DNA of 64,000 bases from Chlorobiota bacterium (lineage in GTDB: Bacteria > Bacteroidota > Bacteroidia > Bacteroidales > Marinilabiliaceae). The stretch's first letter is position 1. The number at the start of each line of letters is the position of its first letter. This document shows positions 1 through 10,581 of this stretch, piece after piece. The notes beneath the pieces were generated by a model. It saw nothing but the letters and a program-made list of their open reading frames with translations, was not told the DNA's origin and made no database searches. Both the position numbers and the translations under genes were made by a program. The stretch is taken from NCBI GenBank assembly GCA_013153405.1, contig JAADEM010000037.1, forward strand, positions 2,202-66,201, in the 5' to 3' direction.

Positions 1-3000
1 CATGTTGCTTTGTATATGTAAACTCCCTGAGGAGCCATTTTCCCTCTGTAGTATCCGTCCCAACCGGTTTTTATGTCATTGCTTTCAAATATTAGTTCAC
101 CCCAGCGTGTGAAAATCTGTAACTTATACTCTGCAATTCCTTCCTGTACAAATGGATAAAATACAAAGTTCTCTTTGTCACCATATACATAATGACCTCC
201 GTTGGGGCCTGCAGGATTAGGAGTAAATGCATTGGGAAATTTAATTTTTCCTCCCTTTTCAGCAGTTACGGCTTCTCTTTGTATGTAAGTGTCTTTACAT
301 CCTTTATCGTTTTTTACCTCAAGCGAAACATCATATACCCCTTCTTCCTGGTACTCATACATGAATGAGAACTCGGTGGAAGAATTGCCATCTCCTAAGT
401 CCCATAAGCAACTTTCGGCATCTGTGGAACGGTTCAGAAATGAAACCTGCTGCCCCGGTATTTTTACAATGTTTGGAACTACCTCAAAATATGCTGTTGG
501 CCTGTCAAATACAATAATGGTTACATCCTCTTTTTCTGCTGTGCCTCCCGGGCCGTAAATTGTTAGTTTAACTTTGTATTCGCCGGGATATCTGTATGTG
601 TATACCGGTTCTTTTTTTGAAGAAACACCTCCGTCTCCGAACTCCCACATGTATGTGTCTGCACCAACAGAACGATTATGAAACCGGACAGTGAAAGGAG
701 GGCAGCCGGCCGTATCGGGACCGTAAATCACTTCAGGCATTGATGATTTTATCGTTACTGCCTGTACTGTGGAGTCGGAACAATGTTCTCCGGCAACAAT
801 GAGCTTTATGTCAAAATTACCGTATGTGCCGTAAGTATGGGGATCCGGGGTTTTCCCTGTTGATGAGGTGCCATCTCCCCACAGCCATGTATAATCCCAG
901 TTGTTTCCTATTGTTTTGTCATTAACCGTAACTGTTGAGTTTGGTAGTTGTTGTTCTATGGGGGTTGCTGTGAAGTCGGGATTCGGAACTCTGTAGACAG
1001 TTACTGTTGTCGTATCATAATCTTTACAACCGTAAGAAGATTCTGCTTTAAGTATTACAGTGTAAGTTGTGTCCTGTGTTGAGGTATTTACAAAAATATT
1101 GTAACCTGTATATTCAGATGATGTATTTCCGTCACCAAAGTTCCATAAAAACTCATTTGCATTTACCGAACTGTTTGTAAAGGCAACTTCGTGCGGACTA
1201 CAGCCGTTGTCACCTTCTGATATAACAGCTTTAACCTGTGGGTATACGTTGATTGTGTTCGATGATGAATCTTTGCAACCAAATTCGTTCTCGGTTAGTA
1301 AAGTTACTCTGTACGGAATAGTTGAATATCCGTCATTCCTGTATGTGTGAGTGGTTGAGCTGTCTCCTGAGAAACTCTCTTCATCTCCGTCACCAAAACG
1401 CCAGATGCTTGTTTGTACATTTCCCGATTCGTTAGTGAAATCTACGGTAAGAGGTGCGCATCCGTCTGAAGGAGAAGTTGAAAATCTACTTCCCGGTTGA
1501 GGAAAAACACCGGCCGATGTATATGCTGTATCTTCACATCCGTATACAGATCTGGCTATCATGCTTATTCTGTATGTTGCCGAAGTGTCAGAAGTATTTA
1601 TATAAATGTTTTTACCAATGGTTGCTGTTGATGTGTTTCCGTCACCGAAATTCCAGAAGAATTCATTAGCTCCGGTTGAATTGTTTTTAATATTTACCTC
1701 AAACGGACTACACCCGGAATCCGCGGTGTCAATAATGGCTTTTACTTCGGGATTAACAGTTATGTAATCTGATGATGAATCGGCACAACCGAAAGAGTTT
1801 TCGACTACCAGGATTGCTTTGTATGCTTCCGGATTGTAGGTTTTATTTATGTAGGTATATACAACGTTGCTGTCGGGCTGAACAGACATTTGATTTCCGT
1901 CTCCGAATTTCCATAGTGCGGAATCGGCATTTAATGATTCATTCTTGAATAAAACGGACAATGGAGAACAGCCTTCAGAGGGAATAGGTGAGAACCTGCT
2001 TTCAGGAACAGGATTAACAACAATGTTTATGTATGATGTGTCTAAGCAGCCGAATGTTGATGTTGTAAATAATTTTGTCGTATATCTTCTGGGTGAACTA
2101 TCAGAGTTGTAATAGATGTGTGAAACCGAATTATTCCCCTGTGTTGTCTGACCATCACCGAAATCCCAGTCATAAGAATAAGCTCCTGGTGAAGCGTACA
2201 AAGAAACATTTAACGGAGTACAACCGGTGTCAGGATCGGCTGTAATCTCAAATTTGCTTAACGGATAAACAGTAATGTACATGTCGGATGTGTCGGTACA
2301 ACTGTATGTGTTTTCAACAGTAAGAGTAACGTTGAACGACTGAACATATGATTCATTATTTATAAATGTATGAGTTAAAGTTTCACCGGTTTCATCAGGT
2401 GAACCATCACTCAAAGTCCAGAGGTAAGATTCTGCTCCGGATGATGTATTGTTGAAACTAACTGTCAGCGGGCTACAGCCTGGACCTTTGTCAGCATTGA
2501 ATGACGATACCGGAGAAGGATTAACCATTAAGCTTTTATATGTTGTATCGGTACATCCCGTAGAGGTATAGGCAATCAACCTTATTTTAAAAGTATCTGT
2601 ATGTGACAGTCCGTTTTTGAATGTATGTTCTGGTTCTGCCAGGTTTGATTCAGAACCGTCACCAAAATTCCAGTTATAACTGTCAGCATTTGTTGAATTA
2701 TTGACAAAATTTATTACGACAGGTGAGCAACCTGCAGAGTCGAATGGTGATATTTCGGCAACGGGCATCTGATGAAATGAGACTTTCACAGAGTCACTGC
2801 CGGTACAACCGAAACTGTTAGCTTCGATCCATTCAAAGACGTAATCACCCTCAACAGATACAGAAACCTCTGTTGTTGTATCAAGATTGTTGTCGAAAGT
2901 GGCAGAGCCAGGACCTGATTTTTGTTTCCAATATCCTGTACCGTAGTCGGGAGTAACTGTGAGCAGATAGTTTAATCCGCAGGTGTCTCCTCCGGGATTG

Positions 3001-4892
3001 GTGACAGGTTCTGGTGTTTTATAAAATACAACAACGACAGTGTCGGCATCAGAGCATGACTGGTTATTTTCGCTCCATTCCAGTATGTAGGTTCCGTATG
3101 TGTCAACATCTATTTCTGTATCCGGAGTAGTTATGTCATTAAAAACAATGTTTCCCGGTCCTGAAATCTTACTCCATATACCTGTTCCGATACTTGGTGT
3201 TGCATTAAGACTGCTAATCAGACCACAAATGGTGTCATTTTCTCCGGCATTAGCTACAGGTTGTTCAAATACCTGTACAAAGATACTGTCGGAAGCGCTG
3301 CATCCCTGATTATCGGTGACGGAATATTCATATTTAAATAATCCTTGTAAAGGTGAGATAAAAGCCGGATTTTCAATGTCAGTTGCAGATAAAAGATCAG
3401 TCCTTGTCCCTGTCCATAAATGAGAACTGTATATCCCTGAGCCTCCCGACGGAGCCGGTTTTAATGTGTCATGTACATTGGTGCATAGTTTAATGGTATC
3501 GTTTGAAAAATGTATATCAACAGGATAGACATGAATGTCAATTGTATCAGTGTCTGTACATGAATTGGCATCGGTAACTTTATATGTTAGATTGTAAATT
3601 CCTGTGGCAGAAGTGCTGAATTCCGGGGTTTGGGTGTTTGTCATGTCTAATGGTGAAGTATCACCGCTCCACAAATGAGAATAAGGTAAAGTACCTCCGG
3701 TTGGATTACCGTCAAGAGTGTCGATAACTCCGGGACATAGGTATTCCGGATTGCTGTTTAAGATTTTGGCATCGGGTGCCGGCCATACCCGTATTAAAAG
3801 AGTATCTGTTGCTGAGCAGTTATAGTCATTGGAAACAGAATAGGTTATAACATGGATTCCGGGGCCAGCTGTTTCAGGATCAAAAATCCCTGTGGAATTG
3901 TTTATGATTCCCGGCCCCGACCATGTTCCTCCCGATGTGGCAGCAGTCAGTTGAACAGGGCTTTCATTCTCACAAAAAGGACCGGCATTGTCAATTGTTG
4001 CATCAGGAAGAGCAACAATAATTGCAATGGCTGTAGTCTCAATGGGAGGGAAGTCTCCGTTTAAGGTGTCTGCCGGAGGGCCGGGAACAGCCGGATCATC
4101 GTATGGATTACAATAATTCCAGTTTCGCAGGGTTACTTCAAAATAATCACCAACCTGAAGGGTATCGCCGCTGAGGTCGGTTACTGGAATATATATTTCA
4201 TCAGAACTGCTGAATGGCGAATATACGGGTTCGGTTGATTCTTCTACCGGACCAGCCAGTGTGTCAGACACAACATTGCCATCAATTACTGCACAATCAA
4301 TAGATGTACCACCGGTTCCGTATATCCACTGAATCCATCTTTTTGCACTGTTGCATACACTGGTGTCCGGTTCATCGGGTGGTGTACAGTTCCACTGGCT
4401 ATTATCAGCAAATGTCACTTTGCCGTCGTTTCCGTAACATATGGGGAAAATAGTAGGATTAATACGCATTATACCACCATTGTTTTCATCGGTGTCCCAT
4501 ACTATTACGAGTTGTTCCATCGAAGTAGACTCGCATGTGGTTCCGTTATTTACCAGTTGTGCAGTTGGATGATATACGCATTCCTGCCCGTCCTGAGGAT
4601 AAACATGTACTGCAGTTCCTGTCCATTCTCTTGAAACAGCATCGGTAAGAGTTGCATTTATTAAAGTATCGTTGCCATCTCCCCATTCAATATATATCTT
4701 TATGTCACCTGTACCTCCGTCATTTACACCTCTGTAGGTGATTTTCCAGTTGGCGGTAACAGGTGCACAAAGTTTATCGGGGCTTATATCATTTGCTTTG
4801 GATGTAATATTACAGTCCTGGCCAAAAGATATACCAACCCCCGATAACCATATAAATATGATTAAAAAGATGGTTCTTTTTTTATCGTCCAT
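1..4892 (-). CDS. Very large secreted PKD-repeat surface protein with T9SS type-B (gliding-motility-associated, CHU_C-like) C-terminal sorting domain; 3' end runs off the window
   Basis: Absent from the ORF track because the stop codon lies left of base 1. The minus-strand frame is open from ATG (4892-4890; MDDKKRTIFLIIFIWLSGVGISFGQ signal peptide) to base 1. Hand translation gives about ten PKD cores, e.g. revcomp 1641-1661 = FFWNFGD, 631-650 = MWEFGDG, 388-408 = LWDLGDG. The last ~245 nt encode FPNAFTPN...LQIFTRWGELIFES...GWDGYYRGKMAPQGVYIYKAT, the type-B sorting-domain pattern. Confidence 0.85.
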   Translation of the reverse strand, partial: MDDKKRTIFLIIFIWLSGVGISFGQDCNITSKANDISPDKLCAPVTANWKITYRGVNDGGTGDIKIYIEWGDGNDTLINATLTDAVSREWTGTAVHVYPQDGQECVYHPTAQLVNNGTTCESTSMEQLVIVWDTDENNGGIMRINPTIFPICYGNDGKVTFADNSQWNCTPPDEPDTSVCNSAKRWIQWIYGTGGTSIDCAVIDGNVVSDTLAGPVEESTEPVYSPFSSSDEIYIPVTDLSGDTLQVGDYFEVTLRNWNYCNPYDDPAVPGPPADTLNGDFPPIETTAIAIIVALPDATIDNAGPFCENESPVQLTAATSGGTWSGPGIINNSTGIFDPETAGPGIHVITYSVSNDYNCSATDTLLIRVWPAPDAKILNSNPEYLCPGVIDTLDGNPTGGTLPYSHLWSGDTSPLDMTNTQTPEFSTSATGIYNLTYKVTDANSCTDTDTIDIHVYPVDIHFSNDTIKLCTNVHDTLKPAPSGGSGIYSSHLWTGTRTDLLSATDIENPAFISPLQGLFKYEYSVTDNQGCSASDSIFVQVFEQPVANAGENDTICGLISSLNATPSIGTGIWSKISGPGNIVFNDITTPDTEIDVDTYGTYILEWSENNQSCSDADTVVVVFYKTPEPVTNPGGDTCGLNYLLTVTPDYGTGYWKQKSGPGSATFDNNLDTTTEVSVSVEGDYVFEWIEANSFGCTGSDSVKVSFHQMPVAEISPFDSAGCSPVVINFVNNSTNADSYNWNFGDGSESNLAEPEHTFKNGLSHTDTFKIRLIAYTSTGCTDTTYKSLMVNPSPVSSFNADKGPGCSPLTVSFNNTSSGAESYLWTLSDGSPDETGETLTHTFINNESYVQSFNVTLTVENTYSCTDTSDMYITVYPLSKFEITADPDTGCTPLNVSLYASPGAYSYDWDFGDGQTTQGNNSVSHIYYNSDSSPRRYTTKLFTTSTFGCLDTSYINIVVNPVPESRFSPIPSEGCSPLSVLFKNESLNADSALWKFGDGNQMSVQPDSNVVYTYINKTYNPEAYKAILVVENSFGCADSSSDYITVNPEVKAIIDTADSGCSPFEVNIKNNSTGANEFFWNFGDGNTSTATIGKNIYINTSDTSATYRISMIARSVYGCEDTAYTSAGVFPQPGSRFSTSPSDGCAPLTVDFTNESGNVQTSIWRFGDGDEESFSGDSSTTHTYRNDGYSTIPYRVTLLTENEFGCKDSSSNTINVYPQVKAVISEGDNGCSPHEVAFTNSSVNANEFLWNFGDGNTSSEYTGYNIFVNTSTQDTTYTVILKAESSYGCKDYDTTTVTVYRVPNPDFTATPIEQQLPNSTVTVNDKTIGNNWDYTWLWGDGTSSTGKTPDPHTYGTYGNFDIKLIVAGEHCSDSTVQAVTIKSSMPEVIYGPDTAGCPPFTVRFHNRSVGADTYMWEFGDGGVSSKKEPVYTYRYPGEYKVKLTIYGPGGTAEKEDVTIIVFDRPTAYFEVVPNIVKIPGQQVSFLNRSTDAESCLWDLGDGNSSTEFSFMYEYQEEGVYDVSLEVKNDKGCKDTYIQREAVTAEKGGKIKFPNAFTPNPAGPNGGHYVYGDKENFVFYPFVQEGIAEYKLQIFTRWGELIFESNDIKTGWDGYYRGKMAPQGVYIYKAT

Positions 4893-5200
4893 TAAAAAAG
4901 CCCTCTGTTTAATACTTATAAAGTATTTATATCCAATTAAGATTTTGTTGTTTTTCCCTTTTTCCTGAAATCATTCATATGCTTTATATGACATATGTCA
5001 AGGCTTTATGCCAATTGTTCCGATGCTGAGATTAATCATTTTTTCGTCACATTGAATTGGCGAATTTTGCCTTGTCCTGCTTCAGTTACCTGACTGCTCA
5101 GGTTCTTAATGTGGACATTATGGTTATTAATACGTAATTTTTGATAAATGGTTCCAAAAACCTGATTAAATACTTAGAATGTTACATAAAAGTCGTTGAT

Positions 5201-6112
5201 ATGATAAATAAATTAATTGCAAATATGCTTCCGTTTTTCCCCAAAAAGCTAGTTTGGGTTTTTTCAAAAAGATATATAGCAGGTCAGAATCTTGATGATG
5301 CAATTAAGGTTTCAAAACAGTTGAATAGCAAGAAAATGATGATTACAGTTGACCTGTTGGGAGAATTTATTGAAGACCTTAATCAGGCAACTGAAAATAA
5401 AGAAGAGTATTTAAGAATAATAGATCGTTTTGAATCGGAAAAAATAGATGGCAATTACTCTCTTAAGCCAACTTCATTCGGATTACTGATTGATAAAAAT
5501 GTGTGTTATGAAAATATAAAGGAAATTGTTGCCAAAGCAGCCTCATACAATAATTTTGTAAGAATTGACATGGAGGATTCGCCTTGTGTTGATCTTGAGA
5601 TTGAGCTTTACAGAAAGCTTAAGGCAGAGTTCCCAAAAAATGTAGGACTGGTATTTCAGGCATATATGCGCCGTACTATGAAGGATATTGAAGACCTGAT
5701 GGATATCCATTCTGAAGAAGCTCCTAATAATTTCAGGCTTTGTAAAGGTATTTATGTTGAGCCGAAGGAAATCGCATTTAAGAATTATGAGGAGATAAAT
5801 GAGAATTATATTAAGATACTGGATTATCTTCTCAAGAATAAAATATACGTAGGTATTGCAACACACGATAAGCCTCTTGTTAATGCAGCTTATAGATTGA
5901 TAGAAAAATATAACGTACCGAAAAACATGTATGAATTCCAGATGCTTTACGGTGTAACACCGGAGCTTCGCCAAAGCATTGTTGATAAAGGTCACAGAAT
6001 GAGGGTTTATGTTCCGTTTGGTCAGGACTGGTTTGGTTACAGTACACGAAGATTAAAAGAGAATCCTAAAATTGCAAGTCAGATAATAAAGGCATTGTTT
6101 TTCAGAGGTTAG
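5201..6112 (+). CDS. Proline dehydrogenase family protein (stand-alone PRODH)
   Basis: Track ORF 5141-6112. Motifs FSKRYIAGQNLDDAI, TVDLLGE, RLCKGIY and YVPFGQDWFGYSTRRLKENP are typical of PRODH. I prefer the ATG at 5201 (MINKLIANMLPFFPKK) over the TTG at 5141. Confidence 0.8.
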   Translation: MINKLIANMLPFFPKKLVWVFSKRYIAGQNLDDAIKVSKQLNSKKMMITVDLLGEFIEDLNQATENKEEYLRIIDRFESEKIDGNYSLKPTSFGLLIDKNVCYENIKEIVAKAASYNNFVRIDMEDSPCVDLEIELYRKLKAEFPKNVGLVFQAYMRRTMKDIEDLMDIHSEEAPNNFRLCKGIYVEPKEIAFKNYEEINENYIKILDYLLKNKIYVGIATHDKPLVNAAYRLIEKYNVPKNMYEFQMLYGVTPELRQSIVDKGHRMRVYVPFGQDWFGYSTRRLKENPKIASQIIKALFFRG

Positions 6113-6129
6113 TAAGTTAAAGACCAAAT

Positions 6130-6174
6130 AAAAAGGGTGTCCCAAAAGCTTTTGCTATCCGGACACCCTTTTTG
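6130..6174. terminator. Bidirectional rho-independent terminator hairpin; minimal member of the GGGTGTCC/GGACACCC palindrome family
   Basis: AAAAAGGGTGTCC-loop-GGACACCCTTTTTG sits between convergent genes, with an A-run on one side and a T-run on the other. Confidence 0.75.
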
Positions 6175-6191
6175 TTATTTTATGAATGAGA

Positions 6192-7028
6192 TTAATGTTC
6201 TACTTTATGTCCGAAAACCTGTGATTCGATAAGTGCAAGTGTATAGATTTGAGATCCACCGGCTAATGAAGACCATACATCATTAACATATTCTTTACCT
6301 GTTTTGTCTTTTCCGCTTTCGTAGGCAGCATTCAGGTCAGTATCTTTATTCAGGTGTACAACATAAACAAGAGTAAGCGGTTTTCCTGAAACTATTTCAT
6401 TGAATGAATACTCTTTGCCTGATGCATCTTTTACTTTGAAATCGGGCCATTTTTTTCCATACAGATATTTGTAATGGTCAGGGTTACTGTTTTTCTTGGG
6501 TTTGCCGTTGTTTATTTTTTTATTATTGGTTTTACCCTTTTTAATATAATTTTTTGCCAGATCTTCAAATTTTGAATATTCATAATATTTTCCATCGGTA
6601 GTAACAGTTTTTCTTTTGCCGCATGTAAGAAAAGCCTGTTCGTTAATACCTCTTTCAGCAATGTCGAAGCCACCCCAGGCAGAACCTGTGAATGTTCCGT
6701 TTTTGTCAAATAAGAATGCGTCTTTTTCATTGACGCCCAGTTTTATTATCTCTTCCGGTTGGCCGGTCGGAATATTATCGGGTGTACTTCCGAATGTAGC
6801 CTTTATTATTTTACCGGCTATTGTTTTCTTTTCCTTTGTTTCTCTCGACGGAACCATTTTTATTTCGGGCAGATAATAAAACTTTAAATCCGGATATTTG
6901 CTTTCGTCAAAAGTCGGGTTTTTCTCCCCCAGAAACAGTACAACAACATCGGGCTTGTACTTTATTTGGCTGAATAAGCTGCCCATTGCCATAAATAATG
7001 CTAATACTAATAATGTTAACTTTTTCAT
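6192..7028 (-). CDS. Secreted hypothetical protein
   Basis: ORF with signal peptide MKKLTLLVLALFMAMGSLFSQ. I recognise no family. Confidence 0.7.
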   Translation of the reverse strand: MKKLTLLVLALFMAMGSLFSQIKYKPDVVVLFLGEKNPTFDESKYPDLKFYYLPEIKMVPSRETKEKKTIAGKIIKATFGSTPDNIPTGQPEEIIKLGVNEKDAFLFDKNGTFTGSAWGGFDIAERGINEQAFLTCGKRKTVTTDGKYYEYSKFEDLAKNYIKKGKTNNKKINNGKPKKNSNPDHYKYLYGKKWPDFKVKDASGKEYSFNEIVSGKPLTLVYVVHLNKDTDLNAAYESGKDKTGKEYVNDVWSSLAGGSQIYTLALIESQVFGHKVEH

Positions 7029-7084
7029 GATTTTATTTTTAAATAATTAATAATTCAGATACTCGTTTTTCTGATTTATGTAAG

Positions 7085-7177
7085 TAAAAGTAATGTTACG
7101 GGATTAGCTTTATGGTTTAAATGAATATTCGTCGAGATAAAAATTCATATTCGTTAGGTTTTTTGTGATATTCGCAG
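7085..7177 (-). promoter_or_regulatory. Conserved promoter module, copy 1: three phased TATTCG boxes plus -7-like TACTTTTA
   Basis: Plus-strand TATTCG at 7126-7131, 7148-7153 and 7169-7174 (spacing 22 and 21 bp). The minus-strand -7-like box TACTTTTA is at 7092-7085, 34 bp from box 1 and about 57 nt upstream of the start at 7028. Confidence 0.6.
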
Positions 7178-7300
7178 AATCTCACATATTGTTAATAAAT
7201 TAAAGAATAAGGCTATATTGCTTTAATTAAAACTAAAATGAGATTGCTATATTGGAAGGTTGTATGCCGGTACACGTTGCTGGTCCGGTTATCAGTCCGT

Positions 7301-7358
7301 GAGGTGCCGCCTCCAAAAAAAAGCAGCACCTCGAGCGGAATGACAACTTTACGGACAG
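7301..7358. repeat. Degenerate nested hairpin related to the palindromic element family (putative terminator of 7378-10236)
   Basis: Inner stem is GAGGTGCCGC/GCAGCACCTC. It is followed by CGGAATGACAACTTTACGGACAG, which resembles the family arm CGGAATGACGACTTTTGGGACAT. Confidence 0.35.
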
Positions 7359-7377
7359 ATTTTTAGATGAATTGTTT

Positions 7378-10236
7378 TTATTGTTTAATTATTTTTATGA
7401 ATTCATCATGTTTGGTATCACTTTCTGTTTTTAATATATAAATACCTTTTTTCATATTGCTTAAATCCAGAACCTGAGTGGGAGAGGTTATTTTAGTAAT
7501 ATTTAAAATTTTTCCAGTAATGTCATATATTGTTATTTTTCCTGTTTTTAATTCTGTTTCAACAGTAAGTATATCATTGAACGGATTGGGATAAACTCTG
7601 ATGCCTTCTGTTTTCTGTTGAGCTATACCGGTACTTGCCTGTATGACATAAACTTTGAATTGTTCTGAAACTGAGTTTTTGCTTTCGTCTGTTGCAGTCC
7701 ATGTTATTGTATATTCGCCTGTTGTGAGAATTGCTCCATCTAAGGTGGCAGCATCATTAAAATTATTTGAGAGTACGAACGAGCAGTTGTCTGAGGCTAC
7801 TGCATCAAAGTTTGTACCCGAAATTGTATAATTACCGTTTTCGTCAGCTTCTACAGTTGTATCATCGGGGCAGGAAATTACCGGAGTCAGATTGTCCAGT
7901 ATCGTAACAATACATGCTTGATTGGTTTCATTGCCACTTCCGTCAGTCAGGGTTACTGTAACAGAATTGTCGCCAATAGCAGAACAATTAAATGATGTTT
8001 GGCTGACAGTCGTATCGGCTACTGAGCAATTATCTGTTGCTGATGATACAATCATTTCAGGCGTAAGCAGGGTCGTTCCATTTTCGTCAAGGAACAATGA
8101 CAGGTTCTGAACTTCAAGTGTTGGTGCAATATCATCTTTTACGGTAACCATAACATTCATGGTCGTGATATTACCTGATAAATCTTTTGCTGTCAGGGTG
8201 ATTGTATTATCCCCAAGGTCGGAATCAGAGAAAAGAGTCCGGCTCAATGTTGTATCTGTTACCGAACAATTGTCGGTTACATTAAATACAGAAGCGTATA
8301 ATGTTGCCTGCCCATCAGTGCCGAGGAACAGGGTGGCGGAAGTTTTGCCAATAACAGGTGCAATAGTATCGATAATACTGACTGTGCATGTTGTTTGCGT
8401 GGTATTGAAGCTGCCGTCGTTTATGGAGATGGATATTTCATTATTTCCTAAATCAGAAGGGCCGAATGAGTATTTGCTTAATGTAGTGTCAGTTCCTTCG
8501 CCCCAGCAATTATCCCATGCCGAAACTATCACATCCCGGTTTTTGATTGAGGCCGCACCTTCGTTGTCAAGGTACAGGGTCGTATCTCTGGCAGTCACTG
8601 ACGGTTTTATGGTGTCTATAACATAGGTGTGAACTTCAATAGAACTTGAGTGCAAGCAGCCGTCGGTAATCTCTAAATATTGTGTTAATTCGCCTTTGTT
8701 ACTGCAGTCAAAAGCAGATTGTTCCAGAGTTGAATCCTGTATTATTTCTTCATTTAATATTCCGAAATCAGAAACATACAGCGTAGCACTGCCAGTTGAG
8801 TCAAGATATAAATTGTAACTATCCCGTATGACTTGTGGAGCTTCATAATCGACATTTAATACAGCACTGTTAGAAAACCTGTTTCCTCCTTCGGTTATAA
8901 TTTCACAACGATACAGGTAATCATCGACTTCGGATGAGGTATAAACCTGAAGAGTGTCATTAGTGGCGCCGGAATATATCTCGTTATCGGTAATAGTATT
9001 ATAAACATCACCTCCATCAGAACTGTATTCCCATTGAAAAGTACCGGCATCTTTAGCTTGAATAGTGAAAATAACAGTATTATTATCGCATTCATCTAAA
9101 TTCTGAGGTTCTTCAAGAATTTCAAGAGTCATATTATTGTAAATATATATCTGATCTTCATCAAAAACAGCAGCAACTATCTCTTTGTCATCATCATTAT
9201 CGAGGTCGGCAATGCTTAACCCTACCGGAGTTCCAATGTTTGTGTCTATTTCTTCTTTTAGTGAGAAATTGGCATTCCCGTCATTTTCATACCATAGTAT
9301 TTTACCATTATTGCTGTCAGAAAAAACAATATCAAAGTCTCCGTCATTATCCACATCTGAAGCTATGGCAGAGTTTGGGTTGCTGAGATTGTCAGCAATA
9401 AGTATCTCCGAAGAAAAATTTCCGTTTCCATCGTTCTGTAACCATATCACTTTATCTCCGGCACAGGCAACAATATCAAAATCGGAATCTCCGTCCAGGT
9501 CCTCTGAATAAACATTAACAGCATTCAAAACAGAGGTTGATATTGTAATTTCGTTAAAATGATTAGTGCCGTCATTTTTATACCAAGCAATTTTGTTGTC
9601 GTTGTATGATGCTGAAATAACATCAAGGTAGCCATCTCCGTTAATGTCTTTCACTGTTACTGACCGGGCGAGATCAGCCGATGAAGAAATAATTTTTTGT
9701 GATGAGAAAGAGCCGCCAATATTTTCATACCATGCGATTTTGTCATCATTTTCTGAAGCAGAAACAAGATCAATGTCATTATCACCATCAATATCGATTG
9801 CATAAACATCGAATATTCCGTCGGCATATTCTGTTATGATTTTTTCAGATGAAAAATTACCGTATCCGTCATTCTCAAACCACACAATCTTTCCGTCATC
9901 ATGTGCAGTTCCAATTACATCAATATCGCCATCATTATCAATGTCGGCGTAATAACAGCAGAAAGTTCCGGTAACCTGTGTTGATATTATTTTCTGATCG
10001 GAAAATGTTCCGTCACCGTTATTGGCATACCACGCAATTTTATTGTCAGCACCGGAAGCTGAAATAATATCATAGAAACCATCATTATTTAAGTCGGCTG
10101 TGTTTACCGACCATATCTCATCTGCATATCTTAATTCAGAGCATTGTAGTATTTGTTTGTCGGCATAGTGTGTCTGAGAATTACCTTTAATAATGAAAAT
10201 AAAGATAATTAAGATTGAAAGTGTTATTTTTTTCAT
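7378..10236 (-). CDS. FG-GAP/VCBS-repeat beta-propeller + Ig-like + HYR-like domain protein with T9SS type-A C-terminal sorting domain
   Basis: Signal peptide present. Repeated D-x-D-x-DG-x-x-D...KIAWYENDG-G-F units are seen. HYR-like segment: PVISCPDDTTVEADENGNYTISGTNFDAVASDNCS. C-terminus RVYPNPFNDILTVE...GIYILKTE...IKIIKQ. Confidence 0.85.
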   Translation of the reverse strand: MKKITLSILIIFIFIIKGNSQTHYADKQILQCSELRYADEIWSVNTADLNNDGFYDIISASGADNKIAWYANNGDGTFSDQKIISTQVTGTFCCYYADIDNDGDIDVIGTAHDDGKIVWFENDGYGNFSSEKIITEYADGIFDVYAIDIDGDNDIDLVSASENDDKIAWYENIGGSFSSQKIISSSADLARSVTVKDINGDGYLDVISASYNDNKIAWYKNDGTNHFNEITISTSVLNAVNVYSEDLDGDSDFDIVACAGDKVIWLQNDGNGNFSSEILIADNLSNPNSAIASDVDNDGDFDIVFSDSNNGKILWYENDGNANFSLKEEIDTNIGTPVGLSIADLDNDDDKEIVAAVFDEDQIYIYNNMTLEILEEPQNLDECDNNTVIFTIQAKDAGTFQWEYSSDGGDVYNTITDNEIYSGATNDTLQVYTSSEVDDYLYRCEIITEGGNRFSNSAVLNVDYEAPQVIRDSYNLYLDSTGSATLYVSDFGILNEEIIQDSTLEQSAFDCSNKGELTQYLEITDGCLHSSSIEVHTYVIDTIKPSVTARDTTLYLDNEGAASIKNRDVIVSAWDNCWGEGTDTTLSKYSFGPSDLGNNEISISINDGSFNTTQTTCTVSIIDTIAPVIGKTSATLFLGTDGQATLYASVFNVTDNCSVTDTTLSRTLFSDSDLGDNTITLTAKDLSGNITTMNVMVTVKDDIAPTLEVQNLSLFLDENGTTLLTPEMIVSSATDNCSVADTTVSQTSFNCSAIGDNSVTVTLTDGSGNETNQACIVTILDNLTPVISCPDDTTVEADENGNYTISGTNFDAVASDNCSFVLSNNFNDAATLDGAILTTGEYTITWTATDESKNSVSEQFKVYVIQASTGIAQQKTEGIRVYPNPFNDILTVETELKTGKITIYDITGKILNITKITSPTQVLDLSNMKKGIYILKTESDTKHDEFIKIIKQ

Positions 10237-10268
10237 GTAAGTTCTTTTTATTTTTATATACGAAAATT

Positions 10269-10360
10269 TAAAGATATAGATGTTTTACTAATATATATAT
10301 AGTTAATTTATATCCGTAAGGAATGAATTGATATTTGCTGTGTTTTTTGTGATATTTGAA
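10269..10360 (-). promoter_or_regulatory. Conserved promoter module, copy 2
   Basis: Boxes TATCCG 10311-10316, TATTTG 10332-10337 and TATTTG 10353-10358 (21 bp spacing). The minus-strand -7-like TATCTTTA is at 10276-10269, 35 bp from box 1. Confidence 0.6.
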
Positions 10361-10520
10361 AAAAGACTGCTATGAGAAAAACATTCTTTTATTACTTGTT
10401 TAAAATTACTAAGTAACCAGAAAAACTGATAAAATGGGTGTATATATAGATAGTCATAGATAGTGAGTGATATCTTTTTCATGCCCGTAATATTTCCCGG
10501 TTAATTCATTTTCCGGTATG

Positions 10521-10562
10521 AAAAACGGAGATTGTCATTAAGTCTGGACAATCTCCGTTTTT
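10521..10562. terminator. Rho-independent terminator of 10582-12978
   Basis: AAAAACGGAGATTGTC-loop-GACAATCTCCGTTTTT; a perfect 12-bp stem with flanking A and T runs. Confidence 0.85.
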
Positions 10563-10581
10563 GTAATATCAGTTATTGTAT

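Noticed and set aside
4893-5140. Fifth copy of the three-box promoter module upstream of the giant PKD gene
   Set aside because: Only isolated resemblances are seen (ATTCATATGC, TTGAATTGGCGAATTTTGCC). The 21-22-bp phasing and the 34-35-bp distance to a -7-like box are not reproduced.
5543-5995. 150-aa minus-strand ORF
   Set aside because: It is antisense inside the proline dehydrogenase gene. The AT-rich codon composition produces an Ile/Leu/Phe/Lys-rich pseudo-protein.
8159-8626. 155-aa plus-strand ORF, plus other 60-110-aa plus-strand ORFs across 7900-12700
   Set aside because: All lie antisense within the two FG-GAP/HYR genes, whose minus-strand frames show clear repeat and domain structure.
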